Assembly (NCBI GenBank): GCA_964404565.1
Contig: CAYOKK010000003.1
Coordinates: forward strand, 1-41,315
DNA from: an uncultured Candidatus Saccharibacteria bacterium
GTDB lineage: Bacteria > Patescibacteriota > Minisyncoccia > Phycocordibacterales > Phycocordibacteraceae
Length of the DNA: 41,315 nt
Direction: 5' to 3'
How positions within the stretch are numbered: position 1 is the stretch's first letter; each line of letters begins with the position of its first letter. A program made the position numbers and the translations under genes. The notes under the pieces were generated by a model. It saw only the letters and a program-made list of their open reading frames with translations. It was not told where the DNA came from and ran no database searches. Of the stretch, positions 19,001 through 25,486 are shown one piece after another.

Positions 19001-22000
19001 AACATCGAGCTCAACGCAGAGACAGGCGGGCAGATACTGCTCAAGAATACGCTGAACGTGACCGCAGGGAAGTCCATCGTGACGAGCGACCTTTCCGCGC
19101 TGCCGATCCCGAACGGTATCACTACGGGCAATATCGCCGCAGGCAACATCACCGTTTCCGGCAACAGCATCGTCGCTACGAACCTCAACGGCGGCATCTC
19201 CCTCACGCCGGCGGGCAACGGCGGCGTGTACGTGACCTCGGGCAACTTCGGCATCGGCACCACGTCTCCTGCTGCGAAGCTCTCGGTTTCCGGCGATAGC
19301 TATCTCGGCGGCAATGCGACCATCACGGGTACGGCGACCATCGGCACGCTCTCGGGCGTGCTCAAGGCGAGCGGCGGCGCTATTTCCGGCGGGGCGACCA
19401 CCTCTGACCTTCCGGAAGGCACGAATCAATACTTCACGAACTCCCGCGCCGTCACGGCACTCACGGGCCAGAACGTCTCGCTCTTTACGAACGACGCAGG
19501 ATACCTCGAGGCAAGCAACAACCTCTCCGACCTCGCCTCGGCAGCGACCGCCCGCACCAGCCTCGGCCTTGGCACGCTTGCCACCCTCAGCACGATCAAC
19601 AACAGCAACTGGTCGGGTACGGACCTTTCTGTCGCTAACGGCGGTACGGGAGCCTCCACGCTCGCTGCCGGCCAGGTGCTCTTGGGCAACGGCGCCCTTC
19701 CGGTCACGAGCATCGCCCGCGGCAACGTCACGGGCTCGGGCATTACCGTGACAGGCGGCACGGGGGCGATACTCGGCACGGGGCTTTCGCTCAGCCTCGG
19801 GACCGTCGGCATCGCCAACGGCGGCACCGGCGCGACCTCGCAGACCGCGAACGGCATCGCCTACTACGACGGCACGAAGATAACGACCGGCACAGGCCTC
19901 GTGTATTCGGGCGGGATGGTCGGTATCGGTATGAACAACCCACAGGCGATAGTGCACGCGCGCGATACGACACCCCTCGGAAACACTGCCGGAGACTACC
20001 GCCGTATCTTCGAGAACGATGGGCAGGCGAACACCAACAAGTTCCTCCATGTCGAATACCTGCTGCGCGATGCGGACGGCAGCGACTGGCTCACCGCGCG
20101 CCTGCACGACGGCATCGGGATCGATTCCTCATCCCAGACACCAGGTGTCGATACCCGCACCTGGTGGGAGCGCGATCCATTCAACAACATTCAGTCATGG
20201 GGCAATGCAGCATCGACGTATATGACCATCAATGCGGGCAATGTCGGTATCGGCACTACATCCCCTTCGACGCTTCTCTCTCTTGCCGGCACCGACGCGG
20301 ACATCACCCTCACGAATGAGACGTACGGGAAATACTGGAGGATAGATCCCCGCAACACCGGCGTCTTGAATCTCACGAACGAGACTGGCGGAGACATCCT
20401 CGGGCTTACGCCGCAGGGGCTCGTAGGAATCGGGAGCAGCGCGGCTGTCACGCCGCTCGCGCCGCTGCACGTCTCGACCTCTTCCGCCCTCACCTACAGC
20501 GGCGGCGCCGGCCTTGATGCGTTCACAGAATACGGAACCACGCTCGTGCAGAACAAAGCGAATACCACAGACGGATTCTCATCGCTCAGCCTCTACAGCG
20601 GCGATACGCTCGGCGCGGTGAGCCGCATCGTGAACATCGACGTGAACGGCTCGACGGACTTCAAGACGGCGCTCGCATTCATGACCCGCGACACGGGCGG
20701 CACCGTCGTCGAGCGCATGCGTATTGATGAAGCGGGCAACGTCGGCATCGGCGATAGCACGCCGGGCGCAAGGGTCTCTATCGCCGGCATCAGCGGCATG
20801 TACGCAGATCTCGTGGATCCTAGCGGCGCCTACTTGCTCAACCTGTACGGACCGTCTTCCGTCAACCGCTTCTCAGTCTTGAGCGGCGGCGACACGGCCA
20901 TAACCGCCAACAGCGGCAGCGCGGCGCTCAGCATCGCTAACAACGGAGCGGGGAACTTGCTGGAGGTAGAATCGAATAAGTTCGTAGTCGATTCTTCGGG
21001 GAATGTGGGCATCGGCACCACGCTGCCGCTCGCGACCCTGCACGTACGAAAGGACAATGCGGCGGGTATCGGGCCAGAACTCCTGCTCGCGAACGTCAAT
21101 TCCTCGGGTATGACCGGAAACTCGGCGCAGATCTACCTGACCGCCTATAACCGCACCGGAGACCGAGGAGCGATCATCCGCGCCGAAACGACGGCCGGAG
21201 GAAACGCGCATGACCTTATCTTCCTTACGAGCGATTCCAGCGCTGCTCCGGCTGAGCGGCTGCGAATCGGCCATAACGGCAATGTCGGCATCGGTATGGA
21301 TGCACCTTCGGCGAAGCTGGACACGAACGGTACGATCAGGGCTACGGGAACCAATACCGCGACTACGGGGGCGGGCACGGAGATCTCCTACAACGGAAAC
21401 GGCTATGTCTTCGCCTATGACCGCGGTACGTCCCAGTACAAGGACCTGTATCTCGGACGGACGAACGGGCAACTCGTGCTGAAGGGAAGCGGCGGGAACA
21501 TCGGCATCGGTACGACCACGCCGATCGCGACCTTGGATGTCGTAACGAGCAATTCATACCCGACGGCCGGCATCAGCCTCTCTGGAAACGTGCCGAACGT
21601 GACGCTCGCGCTCACCAACACCAGCGCCGCAGGCCGCAACTGGAACATACTGAGTGCAGGTACGGGAACGACGGTGCCGGGTACCTTCAGGATATATGAC
21701 GGCACCGCCGCCTCAGACCGGTTGGTCATCGATTCCACGGGGAAGGTGGGTATCGGGACGACCTCTCCATCTTCACTTCTCCACCTGGAGAGCACTCTTC
21801 CGGTCTTGACGCTTAACCGTGCCGGCACAGGTGGCGGTTCCGCCTACCTCGCTCTCGAGATGGATGGTGCGATAGGTACGTATTTCGGCCTTGCTGGAAA
21901 CGCAGGTGCGTTCTTCCCGGGAATAGCGGCCAATGACACGGTTATCCGTGCCAATACGGGCAACTTCGTCGTCGGTACGGCTGGATCTCCCAGGATGTTC

Positions 22001-24481
22001 ATCGCCTATGCGACCGGGAACGTCGGCATCGGCACCACGACGCCGGATCAGCGGCTGACGGTCGGTGCGAACGTAAACTCGGCCGAAATGATCCACGTGA
22101 TATCGAAGGCCGGGGCGTCGCTCTTCCTGGAAGCGGATACTGACAACGCGGCCGAGTCACAGAACCCCTTCATCAAGTTCTCGCAGGACGGAGGCGCAAC
22201 CATCGGAACGCTGGGACTCACCGGCGGCACGAACGTCGATGCAGAGGGTATCGCCACGGCGGGCGCGCTCGACAATGCCTTCGTCCTCAATAGCAGGTCA
22301 TTCTCGAGCGCCCTTCAGTTCGGCACGGACAGCACGATACGGATGACGGTCGACGAGGACGGCAACGTCGGCATCGGCACCACCTCGCCGAGCACCAAGC
22401 TGGCAGTCGTCGGCGCGGCGAAGATCAAGACGACCACGGACCAGGAGGCGGCGTTCTCGGTCGAGAACGCGGCAGGCGACAACGTCTTCCAGATCGATAC
22501 GCTCAATACCGGCTCGAGCGACGCTATCTTCGCGGTGGCGAGCACGAGCGGCAATACGTACTTCATGGTGGGCGGAAACGGCACCGTGGGCATCGGCACC
22601 ACGACGTCGAGCGCGCAGTTCACGACCACCGGCACCGTGCGGCTCGCCGGCTTCGGCGCCGGCTCGCTGCAGACGGATTCGAGCGGCAACCTGACCGTTT
22701 CCTCCGACGAGCGCCTCAAGGACCTCACCGGCAGCTTCGACCGCGGCCTGGAGGACCTCAAGAAGATCTCGCCGATCCTCTACCACTGGAACGTAGTGTC
22801 AGGGCTCGACCGCAGCGCGGAGTACGCCGGCTTCAGCGCGCAGAACGTGCAGGCCGCGATACCTGAGGCTGTCGGCCAGGACCCGCGCGGGTACCTGACG
22901 CTCCAGGACCGCCCTATCCTCGCCGCCTCCGTGAACGCCATCAAGGAGCTGGCCGGCCGCACCGATTCGCTCTCGCTCGCGACGACCTCGCTCTCTATAC
23001 GGCTCTCCTCGGTCGAGTCTCAGGTGAAGGACAGCACGGCTTCCGCATCCCTGCCGCGCGCGCTCACGGCGACGACGATAACGGCAGACTCTATGGAGAT
23101 CGCGGAAGGCGTCTCTGCCGGCACGATGACCGCACAGAGCGTGGATGTGGACGGCACGGTTTCCGCCGCCCGCTACGTGATCCCTGCGGGCGCGACAGCC
23201 TTCACGACGGGTTCCACCACGATCTCGGCGGATATTCCGGACGAGGCGCTCACCAGCGGCGGGAACGTCGACCTCTTCGCGCTCGCCAGCTACGGCGTCG
23301 CGAGCGTGCAGGCGCTCGCGAAGCGCACCGACCTCCTGGCGACGCGCATCGACGACATCGAGACGCGGCTTGCGGCGCTCGAGGCACTCGGAGCAGGCGG
23401 CGCCGCGGCGTCGAGTACGGACGCGCTCGGAAGCGCAGAGGGCGCCGCAGGCCTCACCGTAAGCGTCATACAGGATGCCTTCACATCGCTCGGCATGGTC
23501 CTCAAGAAGGGATACCTCGCGCTCGACTCGCTCGTGACGCACCAGCTCGTCTTCACGGCCGGCGAGGATGGCACGTCTTCGGCAGCTTCCGTGACGGTGC
23601 CGGCAGGGAAGAGCTCGTACACGGTAGATAACCCGCTAGTCATGCCGACCTCCAAGGTCTTCCTCACCTTCACCAGCTCGGTGGACGGCGGCTGGTACCT
23701 CGAGGACAAGGAGGCCGGCCGCTTCACGGTGAAATTCGCCAAGCCGCAGGGCGCGCCGGTGACCTTCGACTACTTCGTCATCCAGACGGAAGGCCAGGTC
23801 GCGGCAGTCGCGGCGGCACCGCAGGCTGCGGACGTGTCGCCGGAGCAGACGGTGAGCGATTCTACGCCTGCCGCGCCGTCGCCGAGCTCTGTCTCCGAGA
23901 TTGGCGGCCCGACCGTGACCCTCAACGGGAAGGCGGCCGTGCAGGTGCCGCAGGGCGCCTCGTGGAATGACCCGGGTGCGACCGCCGTCGATGCCGCGGG
24001 CGCCGACATCACTGGCAGCATCGCGGTGAACGGCGGTGCGGATACGCAGGCGCCCGGCCTCTACACGATCACGTACCGCGCCGTCGACAGCGCAGGAAGG
24101 TACGGCGAAGCCTCCCGCGTGGTGACGGTGCTTGCGCCCACGATGAGCGGAAGCACGGGATCGGCAAGCTCGGGCACGGCCGCCGGCACGAGCGGCGCGA
24201 CCGCTACGGACAGCGTCGATCCTGCCCCAGCCAGCGCGCCGGACACGAGCAGCGGCAGTACGGGAGGGGGCAGTACCAGCACGGGCGGCACGAGCGCGCC
24301 GGCCGGCACGACGCAGACGACGACGCCTGCCCAGGAACCGGCGCCGGATCCTGCGCCCGCGCCTGAGCCGGCGAGCGAACCGGCGCCGACGGCCCCCGCA
24401 AGCACGCCGAGCGCGCCTGCACCGTCAAGCACCTCGGGCGGCACGACCGCCTCGGCGCCATCCGCAGCGCCGGCATCATAG
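7091..24481 (+). CDS. Giant (5796 aa) surface fibre/adhesin-like protein: HTH, TM/signal-like segment, Ala-rich region, NATT pentapeptide repeats, tail-fibre-like repeats, S74 intramolecular chaperone, coiled coil, Ig-like domain, P/S/T-rich tail. Alternative start ATG 7127
   Basis: Uninterrupted ORF; HTH MIPTKAASEFSGYHADYLARLCREGKIEGAQIGRTWFI; hydrophobic LAALAVALAVVAGTAYA (7556-7606); about 25 GNVGIGTTSP-type repeats; about 11 EGxNLY[YF]T repeats; ASNNLSDL...ARTNLGLG motifs; SDERLKD. Confidence 0.9.
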   Translation: MPELFEDSLHSTMIPTKAASEFSGYHADYLARLCREGKIEGAQIGRTWFINRASLEEFVKEQEKKKQERAEELRTAREREYRRAQRPIMQAAFGAGFASGVRSAIGSATGSARSAAASARKAVARNAAPARPRAARRTPVSHPALHSAPTTYSRPLAALAVALAVVAGTAYASTSPAVRVALSSIPEAARSVAMTASPLRPLAYSPLRASDAPRGSADADVRAYVPSSMRPLAFEVPRAHDAARAVAAAAAPAVSGSIASLHALTDTSRAPFASTDAGADAETNLASLAHIAHDPLGSAISAYVYTGVYALRIGETIGDAYLAALRGTGESALALAAGARDTFAYGQDASRALLDGYAHGIYAWNSSAPKVAGTAVLVLYDIGDALGGATAEAPALARTGNERLAYGIVDASHAVSGSVMNAEAAALAPFLRDTAAEPQVARAAAPNSATSMTGMITRHARALHARAVQTGGAIAVLPLRAENMMLGTAGYAASVIDGTDSPALAANADVQRAAASNGAASEDAALSASVISFLPDSWLASVSSFFREAGDLAQALVTSGFHSLASLMPGGTVVTPTLTLVNTVPGEMHVLPVPAPGLTRPNDTDTNVTPNVGGNTIVQNVVNNYFPQTVFGGSMDDAVLAIVRPYVRDSIEAALDSVHRGGSGGTGNSNSNSGGGVSQDGATLSNVTIQSGTANLSSLTAGPTAVNGSLDVTGTITAGSLSVANLSSQNAVIAPSFAATDTQATSTFTNLDATNATFAQATSTDFYALAAHVATGIIDTLFATNLSATYATLENATTTNATTTNLFAQNAVIPTLSGTNANFENATFESATTTNFSTNALTVAGPVTFSSLGTGLVKSVGGILSNAVSGTDYAPATTGSGILYGNGAGGFSTATTGPGISFAGGILSLITTGDWAGTLDGHEGSYYLANSFSTTSADAWLTGKTTSDLTEGSNLYYTQGRFDAAFGAKTTDALTEGTTNTYFTNARAVTALTGQNVSLFTNDAGYLTSYAETDPFFTASPAAGITGTNITDWNTAYGWGNHALQNYFDKDTDTTDALAEGSANLFFTDARVGSYIASSSTLPASLNYWTKSGSDLSYAAGTVNISNLSIGSLSGFLKATAGAISASLIDLSTDVTSTLAQGNGGTGFSSYAPGDILYADAGGDLQKLPAGNSGDVLKIQAGIPAWGLDQTIGAGGSDGIFATSSGRIYPLDTSSILLIGTAATSTSNSIFEVNGQQYISGRLGIGTTSPAAKLSVGGNGIISGNLTVGGALSSASVTSNSLTLGGSTFTSLLGSGLSNVAGTLTLDASGDWVGTFDGNEGTYYLDRANHTGTQLSSTISDFASAARGLFSSAATGLSYNSTTGAFTLTPGYGIPLTASTTAWQSFYENPSSRITAGDNLSWAGNTIDLANLTGFTTGDLTEGSNLYYTQGRFDAAFGAKTTDALTEGTTNTYFTNARAVTALTGQNVSLFANDAGYLKASNNLSDLASASTARTNLGLGTLATLNTVNDSNWSGTDLSVANGGTGVSTLASGQVLLGNGTAAVTSVARGNVTGANGITVTGGLNAILGSGLALSLDTAGDWVGTFDGHEGSYYLANSFSTSSAENWLGTKTTDDLLEGTTNLYYTQGRFDTAFGAKSTADLTEGSNLYFTDARARGALSASGPLSYSTTTGAFALGTVPIANGGTNATSQTVNGIAYFDGTKITTGSSFTFNGTDVALTGGVISAPRFRATDSMNVPGYSWSDDPTTGMYHAGDSLIGFSTGGIGRVFIDANGFLGIGTSSPSSALTVEGDALVNGNLTATGALSVGDSTKLFTVNDSSGKTFVDGNGHFTTVSLTVDGGATITSNANSTTGLVINAHGTGQTANLLEINNKNGTRALTVTPDGKVGIGTATPGANLSVVGSGIGAEYGINGMYSTKGGGGNFGSTVWSLDTAYQGSASGGTYSPAGLFGLAYLRASNPSASAGVGEGLYGYVNGAQKWAIGASGLALGPSLTISSTGAVAGVTTLAASGSVTFSNLGSGLVKSTSGVLSSAVAGTDYESPLTFGTGLSRIGNTVTNAGVLSFNGRTGAVLPASGDYTTSQVAEGTNLYFTNARAVTALTGQNVSLFTNDAGYLAASNNLSDLASSSVARTNLGLGTLATLNTVPIANGGTNATSQTVNGIAYFDGTKITTGSSFTFNGTDVALTGGVISAPRFRATDSATAPGYSWAADTEMGMYRAGASLIGFSTGGIGRVFIDANGFLGIGTSSPSYALDIAGDADITGVYRVNGTQALYIPEPFDASGGSIFVGNGGSAGDGGYNTSLGANALLNVSNAGFGNTAIGSGALQYNTFGGSNTAVGTHAMQANVSGYGNVAIGNDTAGSLETGANNVFIGSGAGSNMNGSNNIVIGAGISAPSYSDNGQLTIGNIIYGTNIDATGTTVDSDARIGIGTSSPAARFAVEGDALVNGALTVNSATIGSLSGVLKASGGAISGGATTSDLPEGTNLYYTQGRFDTAFGAKSTTDLVEGNNLYFTNARARGALSASGPLSYSTTTGAFSLGTVGIANGGTNATSQTANGIAYFDGTKITTGTGLTYSGGNVGIGATSPSTLLELRGSGGSPQLRIGYSTFPTIYTDFEQLSSGLTISPTGQFTVDTSSGNADINFVLASSGGNPQLSIKSGASTFFQAYGAGQKKVAIGAGVSTSNAATLQVTGDSSFSGKVGIGTTTPGYPLTVSGNTYVNGSIIVNGSHTFGQPADISAGTSTVGINFYPDALTISGSGNSFFNFDWSQGDFGGAYDGAPRLSMGFSQSATSPGLYFLNDDDTGLFSPTADTLGFTTAGVERLGISPTGVVSVKNLTTAGLVKNDASGNLTSLAYGTAGSVLQSTGTGAQWVATSTLGIGAAIGSAVTGGTANAALFIDASGNLAQDPDFYFWNDATQKLSIGDAGVMGGSGAVSIGADGSIKVFNSTGVAKISMDNTGHLIAGFADIGSAFIDSSGIQVGGGLGTVLDNNGLTTDGGFYYFYNGTLRAEEVLTTTATISGFSTAGIVTNSSSGALSTSIGGAGTLLQSTGTGVQWVATSSLGISGGISIGDTVGSATTGSLLFVGASSALAQDNANLFWDDTNNRLGLGTAAPSYPLDVLVPGGQAYGMRIKGGDWDDAGLLLESNTTSGKPVLTLRENGGQSFQIFVNNSDQALYFNPSDNFNSPEATSMVLKPNGDLTVAGKIGIGTTSPYAKLSVAGDIALTGGLYDSSASRGTAGMVLQTTGTGVQWVATSTLGITSSPAGANTQLQFNNNGAFGADASLTYNATTDTLFVKSLSAGGGGTVYFDDGLSFSGGYGIDFSGNASFNGVSVAGTAKFADGSSLAPSITFANDTTAGIYRPALGILSLVADSGTTEMILDSTGVDLYGYLTVEDGLGVVGDISATNITAAGTGRFDRIGLGSSSPDSAIPLTASRDAAGTATVMQLINTHSLDGGLVQANNGAEILFKDYRNFGMPGGVALTSVSSITSILTDASSGGYKGALTFSTANGAAPAERLRIDNAGNVGIGTTSPYAKLTVAGDIALTGGLYDSSASRGTSGMVLQTTGTGVQWVATSSLGISAAPAGANTQLQFNNNGAFGADAGLTYDTATDILSIAGTIQLSSGAGNISIGASNTLGGSTGNAVALGNSNISNNYYSTAVGYGNSATWPQATALGVSNNAGGTGATALGYSNISAPGATAIGYSNNASQLNAVAIGYDNTVSASGASAFGSSITNSIANSTMIGPSDTAKLTILSSGNVGIGTTTPEAALDVYVSGASAGAPITAAVFEAHATSGGLTGFGPSIDFKDGFGGTSISQRNMARIAAVYETDASSNNLGALSFYTNGSTTAGAAPTEKLRITAAGKVGIGTTSPSAKLAVAGDAYIDGNLTATGTTTFNGTLSMTGSIIPSADNTYSLGSPTNMWKDIYVGPGSLYVNGQEVVHTDLSEDVVVSANSGQNLVLHTTGSGNIELNAETGGQILLKNTLNVTAGKSIVTSDLSALPIPNGITTGNIAAGNITVSGNSIVATNLNGGISLTPAGNGGVYVTSGNFGIGTTSPAAKLSVSGDSYLGGNATITGTATIGTLSGVLKASGGAISGGATTSDLPEGTNQYFTNSRAVTALTGQNVSLFTNDAGYLEASNNLSDLASAATARTSLGLGTLATLSTINNSNWSGTDLSVANGGTGASTLAAGQVLLGNGALPVTSIARGNVTGSGITVTGGTGAILGTGLSLSLGTVGIANGGTGATSQTANGIAYYDGTKITTGTGLVYSGGMVGIGMNNPQAIVHARDTTPLGNTAGDYRRIFENDGQANTNKFLHVEYLLRDADGSDWLTARLHDGIGIDSSSQTPGVDTRTWWERDPFNNIQSWGNAASTYMTINAGNVGIGTTSPSTLLSLAGTDADITLTNETYGKYWRIDPRNTGVLNLTNETGGDILGLTPQGLVGIGSSAAVTPLAPLHVSTSSALTYSGGAGLDAFTEYGTTLVQNKANTTDGFSSLSLYSGDTLGAVSRIVNIDVNGSTDFKTALAFMTRDTGGTVVERMRIDEAGNVGIGDSTPGARVSIAGISGMYADLVDPSGAYLLNLYGPSSVNRFSVLSGGDTAITANSGSAALSIANNGAGNLLEVESNKFVVDSSGNVGIGTTLPLATLHVRKDNAAGIGPELLLANVNSSGMTGNSAQIYLTAYNRTGDRGAIIRAETTAGGNAHDLIFLTSDSSAAPAERLRIGHNGNVGIGMDAPSAKLDTNGTIRATGTNTATTGAGTEISYNGNGYVFAYDRGTSQYKDLYLGRTNGQLVLKGSGGNIGIGTTTPIATLDVVTSNSYPTAGISLSGNVPNVTLALTNTSAAGRNWNILSAGTGTTVPGTFRIYDGTAASDRLVIDSTGKVGIGTTSPSSLLHLESTLPVLTLNRAGTGGGSAYLALEMDGAIGTYFGLAGNAGAFFPGIAANDTVIRANTGNFVVGTAGSPRMFIAYATGNVGIGTTTPDQRLTVGANVNSAEMIHVISKAGASLFLEADTDNAAESQNPFIKFSQDGGATIGTLGLTGGTNVDAEGIATAGALDNAFVLNSRSFSSALQFGTDSTIRMTVDEDGNVGIGTTSPSTKLAVVGAAKIKTTTDQEAAFSVENAAGDNVFQIDTLNTGSSDAIFAVASTSGNTYFMVGGNGTVGIGTTTSSAQFTTTGTVRLAGFGAGSLQTDSSGNLTVSSDERLKDLTGSFDRGLEDLKKISPILYHWNVVSGLDRSAEYAGFSAQNVQAAIPEAVGQDPRGYLTLQDRPILAASVNAIKELAGRTDSLSLATTSLSIRLSSVESQVKDSTASASLPRALTATTITADSMEIAEGVSAGTMTAQSVDVDGTVSAARYVIPAGATAFTTGSTTISADIPDEALTSGGNVDLFALASYGVASVQALAKRTDLLATRIDDIETRLAALEALGAGGAAASSTDALGSAEGAAGLTVSVIQDAFTSLGMVLKKGYLALDSLVTHQLVFTAGEDGTSSAASVTVPAGKSSYTVDNPLVMPTSKVFLTFTSSVDGGWYLEDKEAGRFTVKFAKPQGAPVTFDYFVIQTEGQVAAVAAAPQAADVSPEQTVSDSTPAAPSPSSVSEIGGPTVTLNGKAAVQVPQGASWNDPGATAVDAAGADITGSIAVNGGADTQAPGLYTITYRAVDSAGRYGEASRVVTVLAPTMSGSTGSASSGTAAGTSGATATDSVDPAPASAPDTSSGSTGGGSTSTGGTSAPAGTTQTTTPAQEPAPDPAPAPEPASEPAPTAPASTPSAPAPSSTSGGTTASAPSAAPAS
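9930..11496 (+). repeat. 154-bp identical direct repeat inside the giant gene (9930-10083 and 11343-11496)
   Basis: GCGACCTCACAGAGGGC...CAGAACGTTTC identical in both copies. Confidence 0.93.
12045..14701 (+). repeat. 68-bp identical direct repeat (12045-12112 and 14634-14701); another 43-bp pair at 9846-9888 and 11847-11889
   Basis: ACGCCCGTGCCCGCGG...GGCGCCTTC and TCGACGGCCATGAGGGC...TCCTTCAG read directly from the sequence. Confidence 0.88.
12121..13836 (+). repeat. About 320-bp direct repeat with offset 1398 (12121-12438 and 13519-13836): conserved flanks around a diverged core
   Basis: 12121-12279 vs 13519-13677 has 2 mismatches; 12356-12438 vs 13754-13836 has 2 mismatches; core MNVPGYSWSDDPTTGMYHAGD vs ATAPGYSWAADTEMGMYRAGA. 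Confidence 0.9.
22700..22952 (+). other. Peptidase S74 / intramolecular chaperone auto-processing domain within the giant protein
   Basis: SSDERLKD...GLEDLKKISPILYHW...AGFSAQNVQAAIPEAV...LAASVNAIKEL matches the S-D-x-R-x-K ... GxxAQ ... AIKEL signature; Ser codon at 22703 (residue 5205). Confidence 0.88.
23909..24130 (+). other. DUF5011/HYR-like Ig domain near the C-terminus of the giant protein
   Basis: PTVTLNG...GASWNDPGATAVD..G.DIT..I...G..DT..PG.YTITY.AVDSAG......RVVTV. Confidence 0.75.
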
Positions 24482-24517
24482 AAATAGCGCATGATATAGT
24501 AACTACTAGTAAAGCTT

Positions 24518-25477
24518 ATGTACAAAAAAACCCTCTCACTTCTCTGTGCGCTTGCGCTCATTATTCCGCTCGAATTCGGGATGTCGCAACTAAGTCCCAT
24601 CGCGCATGCAGGCATATCCCCGCCTGCGGGCAGCACGTGCGGATTCGGTACTGACATCGGCGGCGGTTCCTGTCGCGGGTATATAACTAATACGACTACG
24701 ACTACCTGGACCGTGCCGAGCGACTGGAACTCGGCAAATAACGTGGTCGAGGTCATCGGCGGCGGCGGCGGTGGAATCGGCAGCAACCAGGGCGGCGGCG
24801 GCGGCGGCGCGTATGCGAGGCAGTCCAATATCGCGCTTACCTCAGGCGCGGTGATCAGCATTAATGTAGGGGCTGGCGGGTCGGGAACTAATGGTACATC
24901 CGGCGTTGATACATGGTTCAATGGGGCGACACCCTTAACAGCGAGCGTAGCAGCCGATGGAGGCAAGGGCGGCAGCGGAACTAATTCTGCTGGCGGCGCG
25001 GGCGGCCTAGCGTCGGAGAGCATAGGAGAAGTGACCTATAGCGGAGGAGCAGGTTCGAGATATAACGGCGGCGGCGCGGCCGGAATGCATGGGGCAGGCG
25101 GTGATGCGCCTACGACCGGCGCCGGCGGCGGCGGTATCGGAGATGCTGGATTCGGCGGCGGGACCGCACAGAATGGTACGGAATGGGACAGCACGCACGG
25201 TTCTGGAGGCGGCGGCGGAAATGGATTTAATGGAAACGGCGGCGGCGGTCTGTACGGCGGCGGCGGCGGTTCTAGCTTTTCCACTAACGCCGGCTACGGC
25301 GCCGCAGGCATTATCGTCATTACCTATTCTCCAGGAACAGGCGGCGGAGGCAGCGGCGGAGTAATCGGCGGCTCTGGTACGGATATCTCTGCCGGCGGTT
25401 CGCCCGTACAGAGCTTCTTGAAGTTCATCGGCGGCCACTTCCACCTCATCGGCGGCCACTTCATCATCGGCGGCTAG
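24518..25477 (+). CDS. Secreted glycine-rich domain protein, similar in pattern to the Gly-rich domains of phage tail/receptor-binding proteins
   Basis: Signal peptide ending IAHA; TWTVP...VEVIGGGGGG...GGGGGAY...VISINVGAGG...DTWF...ADGGKGG...GAAGIIVITY; C-terminal IGGHF repeats. Confidence 0.75.
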   Translation: MYKKTLSLLCALALIIPLEFGMSQLSPIAHAGISPPAGSTCGFGTDIGGGSCRGYITNTTTTTWTVPSDWNSANNVVEVIGGGGGGIGSNQGGGGGGAYARQSNIALTSGAVISINVGAGGSGTNGTSGVDTWFNGATPLTASVAADGGKGGSGTNSAGGAGGLASESIGEVTYSGGAGSRYNGGGAAGMHGAGGDAPTTGAGGGGIGDAGFGGGTAQNGTEWDSTHGSGGGGGNGFNGNGGGGLYGGGGGSSFSTNAGYGAAGIIVITYSPGTGGGGSGGVIGGSGTDISAGGSPVQSFLKFIGGHFHLIGGHFIIGG

Positions 25478-25486
25478 TTCGGGACC

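Noticed and set aside
9930-22620. CRISPR array
   Set aside because: Repeats are in-frame protein modules with irregular spacing; no cas genes
7091-25477. Prophage, based on tail-fibre motifs, the S74 domain and excisionase-like HTHs
   Set aside because: No integrase, terminase, portal, capsid or lysis genes; flanked by housekeeping genes; TM and signal segments point to cell-surface proteins
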